This document shows, piece after piece, positions 1 to 10,200 of a stretch of 50,038 bases of DNA. A program made the translations under genes and the position numbers. A model generated the notes under the pieces. That model did no database searches. It was not told the origin of the DNA and was given only the letters and a program-made list of their open reading frames with translations. Position 1 is the first letter of the stretch. Every line of letters starts with the position of its first letter. The stretch is from a virus (lineage: Duplodnaviria; Caudoviricetes): positions 1-50,038 of IMG/VR virus record IMGVR_UViG_3300029309_000068; one strand, 5' to 3'.

Positions 1-1129
1 GCATTGGGAAATGAAGATGGAGGATGACGATACTGCTCCTTCAGACACAGAGCGTTGGCAAGTCCTAGAGTTCTGGGGTTATGTAGATACAGAAATCCTA
101 GAAGAGAATGGTATCAAGATACCTGCTGACATGAAAGAGTTAGACGAAGTAAGTGCTAACATATGGATAGTCAACGGTAAAGTAATTCGATGTGTACTGA
201 ATCCATTCAAACCTGCACGTATCCCTTACTATGCTGTACCGTATGAGCATAACCCATACAGCTTCTTTGGTGTTGGTATTGCTGAAAACATGGACGATAC
301 ACAAACGTTGATGAACGGTTTCATGCGAATGGCTGTTGACAATGCTGTACTTTCTGGTAACCTTCTGATTGAGATAGATGAAACTAATCTAGTGCCAGGC
401 CAAGACATGAGTGTGTATCCTGGCAAGGTCTTTCGCAGACAGGGGGGTGCTCCTGGTCAAGCCATCTTCGGCACTAAGTTTCCAAACGTTGCAGGTGAAA
501 ACATGCAGCTATTTGACAAAGCAAGAGTATTAGCAGATGAATCAACTGGTTTCCCATCTTTCGCTCATGGTCAAACAGGCGTTAGTGGAGTTGGCCGTAC
601 TGCTTCTGGTATTTCTATGCTTATGTCTGCTGCCAACGGTAGCATTAGGACTGTTGTAAAGAACGTAGATGATTATCTTCTAGCACCTATAGGTAGAGCT
701 TTCTTTGCATTTAACATGCAGTTTGACTTTGACGAAGGTATACGAGGTGACCTAGAAGTAAAAGCTAATGGTACTGAAAGCCTAATGGCTAACGAAGTAC
801 GTAGCCAACGCTTGATGCAATTCTTACAGGTAGCTTCTAACCCAATGTTAGCACCGTTTGCTAAGATGGATTATATTGTACGAGAGATTGCTAAGAGCAT
901 GGATCTAGACCCTGACAAAGTTACAAACTCTATGGCAGATGCTGCAATACAAGCTGAGATAATGAAGGGTTTTCAACAGCCAATGCCTGAGCAACCACAG
1001 GCTCCACCTCAAGAAGAGTCACCTGCAGGAGCAGACGTACAAGATCCTACAGGAGCAGGAGGCGGTAACATAGGTACAGGCACAGCCCCAGTTCCAGGAG
1101 AGCAAGGATTTAGCGGTAATGTCGCTTAA
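1..1129 (+). CDS. Portal (head-tail connector) protein, 5'-truncated by the window edge
   Basis: Frame is open from the window start. Podovirus portal-like motifs PYEHNPYSFFGVG, GVGRTASGISML and DLEVKANG. Located upstream of scaffold and capsid. Confidence 0.88.
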   Translation, partial: HWEMKMEDDDTAPSDTERWQVLEFWGYVDTEILEENGIKIPADMKELDEVSANIWIVNGKVIRCVLNPFKPARIPYYAVPYEHNPYSFFGVGIAENMDDTQTLMNGFMRMAVDNAVLSGNLLIEIDETNLVPGQDMSVYPGKVFRRQGGAPGQAIFGTKFPNVAGENMQLFDKARVLADESTGFPSFAHGQTGVSGVGRTASGISMLMSAANGSIRTVVKNVDDYLLAPIGRAFFAFNMQFDFDEGIRGDLEVKANGTESLMANEVRSQRLMQFLQVASNPMLAPFAKMDYIVREIAKSMDLDPDKVTNSMADAAIQAEIMKGFQQPMPEQPQAPPQEESPAGADVQDPTGAGGGNIGTGTAPVPGEQGFSGNVA

Positions 1130-1313
1130 GTCTTTTGTAAACAACAAAGCAGAGTGGGATGCATTCTGTGAAGAACTTGATTTAGAGATTGCAGATTTAC
1201 ACAAACGCTTAGAGCAATCAGAAAGCGTAGTGGAGATCCACCAAACTCAGGGTGGCATTCGTGCATTACGTAGACTAAAATATTTGAGGGAAAAATTTAA
1301 TGGCACTAGATGA
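1119..1313 (+). CDS. Small protein downstream of portal
   Basis: 64-aa helical ORF overlapping both neighbours; EIHQTQG..RALRRL pattern is typical of this position in marine podoviruses. Confidence 0.7.
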   Translation: MSLKSFVNNKAEWDAFCEELDLEIADLHKRLEQSESVVEIHQTQGGIRALRRLKYLREKFNGTR

Positions 1314-2610
1314 AGACAACCAAATGGTATTAGCTTTTATGACAGAGGCTGAAGAGGTAGACCCAGTATCAGGTAATGAAGTACCTCCAGGCTCACTGCC
1401 TGAAGAAGTACGTGATGACATTCCTGCACGTTTATCTGAAGGTGAGTATGTAGTACCTGCTGATGTTCTTCGTTTTTACGGTGTTAAGTTTTTTGAAGAC
1501 CTACGAGAAAACGCTAAGATGGAACTAGCTCGTATGGACAGGGAGGGGCGTATTGGTGGTGAACCCATACCAGAGGAAAGACTTTCTGATGAAGAGAAAG
1601 CAGAGTTAGACGCTATTGGTGCAGCGGTTGGTGGCTTCATTACAGAACAACCTTCACAGTCTACAATGTCAGATCCGTATCAACAGCAGCAGATGATGTA
1701 TCGACAAGGTGCACCTGTTGCTATGGGTAACGTAGGTTATGACAAAGGTGGATTAGAAGATGGTACAGAACCTACATATACAGATGAGCAACTACGTAAT
1801 GCTTTTGCCCCAGGTTTTAGCTTTCTTGATACACCTGTAGACTCTGCAGCAACTAGCAGTGTAATACTTTATGGTCCTAGCGGTGAGGTAGTAACTTTAT
1901 TCTTACCTGCACAGAAAGACTTGTACGATGAATACATAGAAAAAGGCTACTCAACAGAGCAAGTAAAAGTAACTACAGAAACTGAAGTAGGTCAGCCTCA
2001 AGGTGGCGGTGGAGGAGCAGCACCTAAACAAGAAGTAGAAGATATAAATTTAGAAGACATGGGTGACGAAGACCTTCTAAAAACAGCTAGAGGTTTTGGT
2101 GTATTAAACAATGTAGCTACTGCAGTGGCTTCTGCTGCAGGATTACCTATAGCTGCAATAGTAAATACATCTATGATAGCCAAGTATAATGATACCTTGG
2201 ATGAATTAAATAGTAGAAATATAGATCACGGCTTAGAACGTAAAGGTAGTATCTTCGGTGGTGAGTCTAGTTTGTTTGAAGATTTAGAAGATACAGACGG
2301 TATAGCAGGTCCAAGTTTTGGTGACACGTGGCTAGGCGATTTATTAGGCTTTGACAAAAAAGGATTCGGTGTACAGGGTGATAGCTTGAAAGACTCATTT
2401 GGTGGATCACGAAGAGAGATTGATGATGATACTTTAACGACTACAACAATTAAACCTAAAGCTAGACCTAAAGATAAACCACAACCAAAGGTAAAACCTA
2501 AAGTCAGCAGTCCAAGTGTAGACGATGATCCAATGGAAAATATAGGAGTAACATCATCTTCAAGTTCATCACAAGGTCCATCTTTTGATGATTCATCATT
2601 AGGAAAATAA
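1300..2610 (+). CDS. Putative virion-associated protein with a DDIPARLSEGEYVV domain
   Basis: 436-aa acidic ORF. The motif resembles the SDSIPARLSNGEFV segment of tape-measure-type proteins. Low-complexity C-terminus. Confidence 0.6.
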   Translation: MALDEDNQMVLAFMTEAEEVDPVSGNEVPPGSLPEEVRDDIPARLSEGEYVVPADVLRFYGVKFFEDLRENAKMELARMDREGRIGGEPIPEERLSDEEKAELDAIGAAVGGFITEQPSQSTMSDPYQQQQMMYRQGAPVAMGNVGYDKGGLEDGTEPTYTDEQLRNAFAPGFSFLDTPVDSAATSSVILYGPSGEVVTLFLPAQKDLYDEYIEKGYSTEQVKVTTETEVGQPQGGGGGAAPKQEVEDINLEDMGDEDLLKTARGFGVLNNVATAVASAAGLPIAAIVNTSMIAKYNDTLDELNSRNIDHGLERKGSIFGGESSLFEDLEDTDGIAGPSFGDTWLGDLLGFDKKGFGVQGDSLKDSFGGSRREIDDDTLTTTTIKPKARPKDKPQPKVKPKVSSPSVDDDPMENIGVTSSSSSSQGPSFDDSSLGK

Positions 2611-2637
2611 TAAAAATAAAATTCCATATAACTATAA

Positions 2638-2672
2638 GGCTACCCAGTTACGACTGGCCCCAACATAAGGAG
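2638..2672 (+). promoter_or_regulatory. Hairpin plus SD in the scaffold gene leader
   Basis: CCAGT-TACG-ACTGG stem-loop flanked by CTACC and GCCCC, followed by AAGGAG. Confidence 0.5.
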
Positions 2673-2679
2673 AAAAACA

Positions 2680-3627
2680 ATGGCTGAAGTAGAACAAGTA
2701 GAGGTGCATTCCGCATCTCATATGCGTAACCAAGCAAGAATCGATAAGGATGAAGCGGAGCTACGTGAGATACTAAAACAGGCAGGGTATACACAGGAAG
2801 ATGAAACCCCAGAAGAAACTGCTGAAGCTGAACCCGATAGCAAAGAGCCTGAAGCTAAACCAGTACAGGCAGAAGGTGATTCCAAACAAAAAGAAGAACC
2901 TAAAGCAGAAGCACAAGAAGCAGATGAAGATGATGACCTGAGTGCTGAAGAGAAGACTTTCAAGCAACGCTACGGTGACATCAGGCGGCACATGAAAGAT
3001 AAAGAACAAGAGTGGAAACTTAAGTTCGAAAAGCTAGAGTCACAACTAGAGTCTGCAACTAAGAATGAGCTTGTACTACCTAAGTCAGAGAAAGAGATAG
3101 AAGCTTGGTCTAAGAAGTATCCTGATGTAGCAGGTATAGTAGAGGCTATAGCAGATAAGAAAGCACAAGAGCGTTCATCAGATATAGACAAGCGTTTGAA
3201 AGAAGTAGAAGAGCTAAGAGTTACAGCTAAACGTGAAAAAGCTGAAGCTGAACTAGCTGTGATGCATCCTGACTTCAACACCATTCGTGATGATGATACA
3301 TTCCATGAATGGGCTAAGGAACAACCTAAGTGGGTACAAGATGCTTTGTATGAAAACGTAGACGATGCTAAGTCTGTATCTCGTGTAATAGATTTATACA
3401 AAGCCGACAAAGGTATCACAACTAAGAAGAAGCCTACTGAAGACAAAGGTGCAGCAGCTTCTGTAACAACAAAACGTACTACGACACCTAGCGAAAATGA
3501 AGAGTCTACTTATATTAGAGAATCTCAGGTAGCTAAGATGACTATGAAAGAGTACGAGAAGCGTCAGGAAGAAATAATGGATGCCCAACGCTCAGGAAAG
3601 TTTATTTATGATATGTCAAGAAAATAG
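2680..3627 (+). CDS. Capsid scaffolding protein
   Basis: Acidic coiled-coil protein with FKQRYGDIRRH and HPDF motifs, directly upstream of the capsid gene; SD AAGGAG. Confidence 0.8.
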   Translation: MAEVEQVEVHSASHMRNQARIDKDEAELREILKQAGYTQEDETPEETAEAEPDSKEPEAKPVQAEGDSKQKEEPKAEAQEADEDDDLSAEEKTFKQRYGDIRRHMKDKEQEWKLKFEKLESQLESATKNELVLPKSEKEIEAWSKKYPDVAGIVEAIADKKAQERSSDIDKRLKEVEELRVTAKREKAEAELAVMHPDFNTIRDDDTFHEWAKEQPKWVQDALYENVDDAKSVSRVIDLYKADKGITTKKKPTEDKGAAASVTTKRTTTPSENEESTYIRESQVAKMTMKEYEKRQEEIMDAQRSGKFIYDMSRK

Positions 3628-3656
3628 TTGACAAAACAAATTTCATAAGTAAAACT
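3628..3656 (+). promoter_or_regulatory. Putative promoter TTGACA-N16-TAAAACT for the major capsid gene
   Basis: Same architecture recurs at 18019, 47124, 47479 (+) and 35081 (-). Confidence 0.7.
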
Positions 3657-3659
3657 ATG

Positions 3660-3812
3660 GCATATACACCATAATCGTGTGTATGCTTTAACAAGCACTA
3701 GCCACAAAAAGACTTACCTCAAAGTATAGGCCCAGTTCAGATAGGTAGGCCAACCTTTCTGTAAACTGACTACCCTACAACCAAGAGCCTCTTTATAGTG
3801 GATATGTAGTGT
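3660..3812 (+). ncRNA. Structured 5' leader of the major capsid mRNA
   Basis: Hairpin GCATATACAC/GTGTGTATGC, then nested stems CACTA/TAGTG, CCAC/GTGG, AAAGA/TCTTT, CAGTT/AACTG and CAGA-AGGT/ACCT-TCTG. Confidence 0.5.
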
Positions 3813-3848
3813 CAATTCTCACGCCATATCTATAAAGGAGATTTAACT

Positions 3849-4913
3849 ATGGCTATAGCAGTTGCCTCTGGCAAAACGGGATTTGACGGTAATTTTAGCC
3901 CGATAATCTATTCCAAACAAGCGCAGATTGCTCTAAGAAAAGCATCTGTTGCAAACGCAATAACTAACAACTCCTACTTCGGAGAGATTGCAAACCAAGG
4001 TGATGTAGTTCGCATCCAGAAAGAGCCTGATGTAACAGTCAACGCTCTTGAGCGTAAAACTGCAATCAGCGTAGAAGACTTAGACGATTCTGAGTTTTCA
4101 CTAACCATTGACAAAGCTAACTACTTTGCTTTTAAAATGGATGACATCGAAGATCAGTTCGCATCTGTTGACTTCGTAAGCCTAGCTGCAGATAGAGCAG
4201 CATACAAAATGGCTGACGCAATGGACGCTGACTTACTTCAGTACATGTCAGGTCACTCTGCTGCAGGTGCAATTACTACTACAACTTCAGGTACAGCACA
4301 GCACCCAACATCAGGTGAAATAAACGGTGAATTTTTGAAAGTAAACCGTTTAGATATGTCCGACATTGGACACATCACAACATCAGCTTCATCAGGTACA
4401 ACTGGTGACTCCATTCCTCTAGCTGCACGTCTTCCAGGTGCAACAGCGTTGTCTACATCTGTGACATCTCCGTTGACTGTGATTGCACGTATGGCTCGTC
4501 AGATGGATACAGCAAATGTTGATTCACGAGGCAGATGGCTCGTTGTTGACCCAGTGTTCATGGAAATCTTAAAAGACGAAGATTCACGTCTATTAAATTC
4601 TGATTTCGGTGGCTCAGGTCTACAAAACGGATTAGCTGTTAACAACTTACATGGCTTCCGACTTTATGTATCTAACAACCTACCTGCAAAAGGTACAGGT
4701 GCAGGTACATCAGGTTCAACTGCCCAAGACGATAATTATGGCGTTATTTTGGCAGGTCAGGAAGATGCGGTTGCTTCTGCAGAGCAGATCAACAAAGTTG
4801 AAAACTACCGTGATCCAGACTCATTTGCAGACATTGTACGTGGTATGCACCTATATGGTCGCAAAATCTTGCGCCCACAAGCATTGGTGTCAGCCGTTTA
4901 CAACGCTGCTTAA
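3849..4913 (+). CDS. Major capsid protein
   Basis: 354 aa. FSPIIYSK, GEIANQGDVVRI and YRDPDSFADIVRGMHLYG motifs of HK97-fold podovirus coat proteins; strong SD and biased codons. Confidence 0.93.
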   Translation: MAIAVASGKTGFDGNFSPIIYSKQAQIALRKASVANAITNNSYFGEIANQGDVVRIQKEPDVTVNALERKTAISVEDLDDSEFSLTIDKANYFAFKMDDIEDQFASVDFVSLAADRAAYKMADAMDADLLQYMSGHSAAGAITTTTSGTAQHPTSGEINGEFLKVNRLDMSDIGHITTSASSGTTGDSIPLAARLPGATALSTSVTSPLTVIARMARQMDTANVDSRGRWLVVDPVFMEILKDEDSRLLNSDFGGSGLQNGLAVNNLHGFRLYVSNNLPAKGTGAGTSGSTAQDDNYGVILAGQEDAVASAEQINKVENYRDPDSFADIVRGMHLYGRKILRPQALVSAVYNAA

Positions 4914-4929
4914 TACTAAATATACTGTT

Positions 4930-4956
4930 GGGCGAGCTATGTCAAGCTTGCCCTTC
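4930..4956 (+). terminator. Hairpin after the capsid gene (weak terminator or mRNA stabiliser)
   Basis: GGGCGAGCT-ATGTCA-AGCTTGCCC with only a short T tract. Confidence 0.55.
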
Positions 4957-4982
4957 AGCGTATAAAACAGTAGGATAACTCT

Positions 4983-5708
4983 ATGGCTACTTATGTTACA
5001 TTAGTAAATGAACTGCTAAGGCGCATGAATGAGGTTACACTTGATACTGCAGGTGATGGCTTTGATACTGTGAGGAATGTACAAGCTTTAGCTAAAGATG
5101 CAGTTAATAGTAGCATTAGACTTATTCTACAGGATGGTCAGGAGTGGCCTTTCCTTAAAACAACTTTTACACAGACCCTTACTGTAGGTACAAGGCAGTA
5201 CGATTTTCCTGCGGATTATTCTAGTACAGATTGGGATACATTCTATCTTAAAAAGCTAGCTTCCGAAAACAATAGTCCTATGCCTTTAAGTACAATATCT
5301 TATGAGCAGTATATACAGAATGTGCGTCCATCAGATGATACAGGGGATCAAGTAAATGGAGATGGTCCTCCTGCGATAGTGTATCAAACACTAGGTAATG
5401 CTTTTGGTGTTAGTCCTATACCTGATGCAGCCTATGAGATAGAGTATGTGTATTGGAAATTTCCTACAGACTTAACTGCTTTTAACGATGTAGCAATTAT
5501 ACCAGATCGTTTTAAACATGTAGTTATAGATGGTGCTATGATGTTTATGATGCGTTTCCGTAGTAATGAACAGAGTGCTGCTATGCACCAGAATAACTTT
5601 GAAGATGGCATCAAGACAATGCGTAGAGTTACCTTCGATGATACCTTATTTGTACGTTCTACTGTTGTAGGTGATGCAAGAACAAGCTCCTTTACTAGTG
5701 GTATATAA
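4983..5708 (+). CDS. Head-tail adaptor / tail tubular protein A
   Basis: TYVTLVNELLRRMNE N-terminus, WPF and PIPDAAY motifs; position after the capsid gene. Confidence 0.75.
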   Translation: MATYVTLVNELLRRMNEVTLDTAGDGFDTVRNVQALAKDAVNSSIRLILQDGQEWPFLKTTFTQTLTVGTRQYDFPADYSSTDWDTFYLKKLASENNSPMPLSTISYEQYIQNVRPSDDTGDQVNGDGPPAIVYQTLGNAFGVSPIPDAAYEIEYVYWKFPTDLTAFNDVAIIPDRFKHVVIDGAMMFMMRFRSNEQSAAMHQNNFEDGIKTMRRVTFDDTLFVRSTVVGDARTSSFTSGI

Positions 5709-7246
5709 TGGCTGATAATCTAGCTTCCTTCAAAGTCTTCTGTCAGGGAGGGCTTAACACTAGTAGAGATGTGCTTTCTCAAGGTGAGACACAGCCTGGA
5801 TCAGCTATATCATTGCTTAATTATGAACCTGCTGTTACTGGTGGTTACAGAAAGATAAGTGGCTTTGCTAACAACTACGGCACAGTTACAGGCACAGGAA
5901 GTGTGCTAGGTGTTTGTGTAGCTGATGGTATAAACGATGGCATATTAGCGTGTAGAAAACCATCATCAGGTAATAACTATTTACATAAATGGAATAACTC
6001 TAGTTCAGCTTGGGATGCTGTAACGACTGCAGGTTCACCTACAATGGTAGGTGTAACTAAAGTTAGATTTTCTAGGTTTAACTTTGCTACACCAAAGGTT
6101 GTTTTAACTGACGGTATAAATCCTGCAGCTACATATGATGGTACAACATATACTCAGATTACGCACTCTGATGCACCAACAGATCCAAAGTTTTCTGCTA
6201 TATTTCAAAATCATTTATTTTTAGCAGGTGACCCTGCCCATCCAACAAAGTTATTCTTTAGTGCTCCACTTGCAGAAACAGACTTTGCTGCAGGTAATGG
6301 AGCAGGTGTAATAAATGTAGGTTTCCCTATAGTTGCAATTAAGTCATTTAGAAATGAGCTATTTATATTTGGCTCTACTAACATTAAGAAACTATCAGGT
6401 ACTGCATTAGCCAACTTTGTACTACAAACTGTTACTGACGATCTTGGATGCCTTGCCACAGATAGTGTTATAGAAATTGGTGGTGACTTACTATTCTTAT
6501 CTCAAGATGGTCTACGTCCTATATCAGGTACAGATAAGATTGGTGACGTTAACCTTGAAACTGTATCAAAAGACATTCAATCTATCTTTACAGACATTGT
6601 ATTTGATGTAGATCTAGAAGGGCTTAACGCTGTAGTAATTAGACAAAAAACACAGTTTAGGTATTTTTTTGCAGCCTCAGACTCTCAGGGTATTATAGGT
6701 GGTTTTAGACAGACACCTAATGGGTTACAGTTCGAGTATAGCCAAATGCTAGGTATTACAGCTACTTGTGCAGCTAGCGGTTATATAGGTCAAAATGAAA
6801 TTGTTATACATGGTACTTCATTAGGTAAAGTACAACAACAAGAAGTGGGTAATAACTTTGATGGAGAGCCTATATTAAGTGTGTTTCAAACACCTTTTTT
6901 TCATATGCAAGACCCAGAGCAACGCAAGATATTTTACACTGTAGCAACTTATCTAAGATCAGAAGGAGATAACTCTATTGTTATGTCGGCTTTGTATGAC
7001 TACGCAGATGTAGATACACTAAATCCAACTAACTTTAATTTATCTACTGCAGGTGCTGCAGCTTTTTATAACGAAGCTACATATAATAGTACAGCAATTT
7101 ACGATGGTAATCCATCACCAGTGCAACGCACTAATATATCAGGATCAGGTAAATCCGCATCTTTAAAATACGTAACTAATGATTCCAATGCATCACACAG
7201 TATCCAAGGTTTAGTGATTACGTTTGGAGTAGGAGACAGGTTGTAA
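5708..7246 (+). CDS. Tail nozzle / tubular protein B (P22 gp10-like)
   Basis: GGLN start, beta-propeller-like composition, LGCLATDSV..GGDLLFLSQDGLR motif. Confidence 0.75.
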   Translation: MADNLASFKVFCQGGLNTSRDVLSQGETQPGSAISLLNYEPAVTGGYRKISGFANNYGTVTGTGSVLGVCVADGINDGILACRKPSSGNNYLHKWNNSSSAWDAVTTAGSPTMVGVTKVRFSRFNFATPKVVLTDGINPAATYDGTTYTQITHSDAPTDPKFSAIFQNHLFLAGDPAHPTKLFFSAPLAETDFAAGNGAGVINVGFPIVAIKSFRNELFIFGSTNIKKLSGTALANFVLQTVTDDLGCLATDSVIEIGGDLLFLSQDGLRPISGTDKIGDVNLETVSKDIQSIFTDIVFDVDLEGLNAVVIRQKTQFRYFFAASDSQGIIGGFRQTPNGLQFEYSQMLGITATCAASGYIGQNEIVIHGTSLGKVQQQEVGNNFDGEPILSVFQTPFFHMQDPEQRKIFYTVATYLRSEGDNSIVMSALYDYADVDTLNPTNFNLSTAGAAAFYNEATYNSTAIYDGNPSPVQRTNISGSGKSASLKYVTNDSNASHSIQGLVITFGVGDRL

Positions 7247-7247
7247 C

Positions 7248-10200
7248 ATGGCAGGTTATTCAAGACAATCAGCAGCAGATATTATCGCTAATGCGGTTAT
7301 TAAAGCTGCACCAGTAAACGCAGAGTATAATGCTTTACGAGATGCATTTGCTTTAGCTACTGGGCATAAACATGATGGTAGCTCCACTGAAGGTGGATAC
7401 GTACCTTTGATAGCTGATAGTGATGCACTAAATAAAGTTGTAATAGATACATCTAACAATCGTATAGGTTTCTTTAGTGAGGTATCTTCTGCTGCAGTAG
7501 AGCAAATACGTATTCAAGATGGTGCCATACTTCCTGTAACTGATAATGATATTGACCTTGGTACATCAACACTACAATTTAAAGATCTGTACATTGATGG
7601 TGTAGGTTATTTAGACTCCGTAGATATAGATGGCGGTTCAATAGATGGAGTAACAATAGGTGGGTCTTCTGCAGGGGCAGGAACATTTTCATCTTTAGTT
7701 GCTACTACAGCAGATATAAATGCAGGTACTATTGACAACGTAGTTATAGGTGGTAGCACAGCATCATCAGGTAGTTTTACCACAGTAGCAACATCAAGTA
7801 ATGCTACAGTAGGAGGCACACTTGGCGTTACAGGTAATGTTACTATGGGTGGCACACTTGCTGTAACTGGTACGTCTAGTTTTACAGGAGCAGCAACCCT
7901 TACATCTGTTGACATTAATTCAGGAGCAATGGATAATACTACTATTGGTAGTTCTACTGCAGCAGCAGGTAGCTTTACTACTTTAAGTGCTTCAGGTACT
8001 TCTACATTAACTACTGTTGATATTAATGGTGGCGCAATTGATGGTGTCACTATAGGTGCAGCCTCTGCAGGTGCAGGTACATTTACAGATGTAACAGCTT
8101 CTGGAACAACTACAATAACAACTGCAGACATAAATGGCGGTAATATAGATGGTACAACTATTGGTGCTTCTAGTGCTGCAGCAGGTAGCTTTACAACTGT
8201 ATCGACATCTGGACAAGCTACATTGGCAAGCGTTGATGTTAACGGTGGTAATATTGACGGGGCTATTATCGGTGCGTCAAGTGCTGCTGCTATAACAGGT
8301 ACAACTATTACAGCAAGCTCTGGTTTTGTCGGAGATTTGACAGGTAATATTACAGGAGATATAGATGGTGACATCACAGGAAATATTACTGGTAATGTTA
8401 CAGGTAACGTAACAGCTAATTCTGGTGCATCTACATTTAATAATGTAACAGTCAACGGAACACTGGACGTTACAGGTACAACAATTGCTAACGTTACAGA
8501 TCCTAGCAATGCACAGGATGCTGCTACAAAAAATTATGTTGACACAGAAGTAGCGGCACTTGTTGACTCTGCCCCAGGTACACTAGACACACTAAACGAA
8601 CTAGCTGCAGCCCTGAATGATGATCCAAACTTCTCTACAACTATTACAAACTCTATAGCTACCAAGCTACCGCTTGCAGGTGGTACAATGTCTGGTGCTA
8701 TAGCAATGGGTACAAACAAGATTACAGGCTTGGGTGATCCAACAGCTAACCAAGATGCAGCAACCAAGAAGTATACAACAGACACATTCTTACCGTTAGC
8801 AGGTGGTACTGTTACAGGTGCGATAGACATGGGCAGTAACAAAATAACTGCTAGTTATACGCCAAGTGCAAACACTGACCTCGCAACAAAAATATATGTC
8901 GATAATATTGCAGGGTCTGGAACCGCAGCCGCTGCTTCTGCAACTGCTGCTGCTTCAAGTGCAACAGCCGCTGCCTCCAGTGCTACTGCTGCAGCTTCAT
9001 CTGCAACAGGAGCAGCTTCTAGTGCAACCTCTGCAGCAGCTAGCTTTGATTCGTTTGATGACAGATACCTTGGCGCAAAGTCATCAGCACCCTCTACGGA
9101 CAACGATGGAGATGCTCTTCAGGTAGGAACTCTCTATTTTAATACTACTACAAACTCTATGCAGGTTTATGGTGGTTCTGGTTTTACTGCAGCAGGTTCA
9201 TCTGTGAACGGAACTTCAGATCGTAACACTTATACAGCCACTGCAGGTCAAACTACCTTTGCAGCTACATATGATTCAGGTTTTGTAGATGTTTATCTTA
9301 ACGGTGTAAAACTACTAGCAGGTACAGACTTTACAGCTACAAATGGTACTTCAATTGTATTAGCCTCTGGTGCTGCAGTAAATGATATAGTAGACATTGT
9401 AGCCTATGGTACATTCACACTATCTACTCATTATACTAAAACAGAAGCTGATGCCCTTTTAGCTGCTAAACAACCTTACCACACCATAGCCGTTACTGTT
9501 CAAAACGTTGGTGGTGCTAACAAGTACTTTCTTGATGGAACGCAGCAGCAGACTGCACTACTACAAAAGTCTGTGACTATAAGATTTGATCAAAGTGACA
9601 GCAGTAACTCTAACCACCCTCTAAGACTGTCAGAAACTTCAAACGGTACTCATGGTGGTGGTAGTGCATTTACTACAGGTGTAACCGCAGTAGGCACTCC
9701 AGGTTCTGCAGGAGCGTACACACAGGTAACTCTTGAGCAAGATGCACCAGATGTGTTGTACTACTACTGTACCAACCATTCAGCTATGGGCGCAACTGTA
9801 TATAGCGGAAAAGACTTTAGTACACTAACCTCTACAGTAGCTGAGTTAAACATTTTAGATGGGGTTACATCAACAGCAGCAGAGCTTAATATACTTGACG
9901 GTGTAACTGCGACAGCTACTGAATTAAATTATGTTGATGGTGTTACGTCTAATGTACAAACTCAGTTAGATGCTAAACTACCTTTATCAGGTGGTACGCT
10001 TACTGGCGCAATAACAGGTACAACCGCTACTTTTACAACTTCTGATAACAGTGCACAACTTAACCTTACATCTACAGATACTGATGCTAATAATGGTCCA
10101 AGACTTGTACTACAAAGAAACAGTAGCAGTCCTGCTGATAATGATGTTTTAGGACAAATTGAATGGTATGGTGAAAACGATGCTTCTGAAGCTATTGAAC

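Noticed and set aside
4651-4965. T7 10B-like frameshifted capsid extension
   Set aside because: No slippery site seen; the alternative frame extends only about 17 codons past the capsid stop.
7607-9103. Long antisense ORFs in the fibre gene and similar shadow ORFs elsewhere (e.g. 2970-3446, 49740-50036)
   Set aside because: Explained by codon bias and low complexity of the sense genes; no RBS or protein-like motifs.
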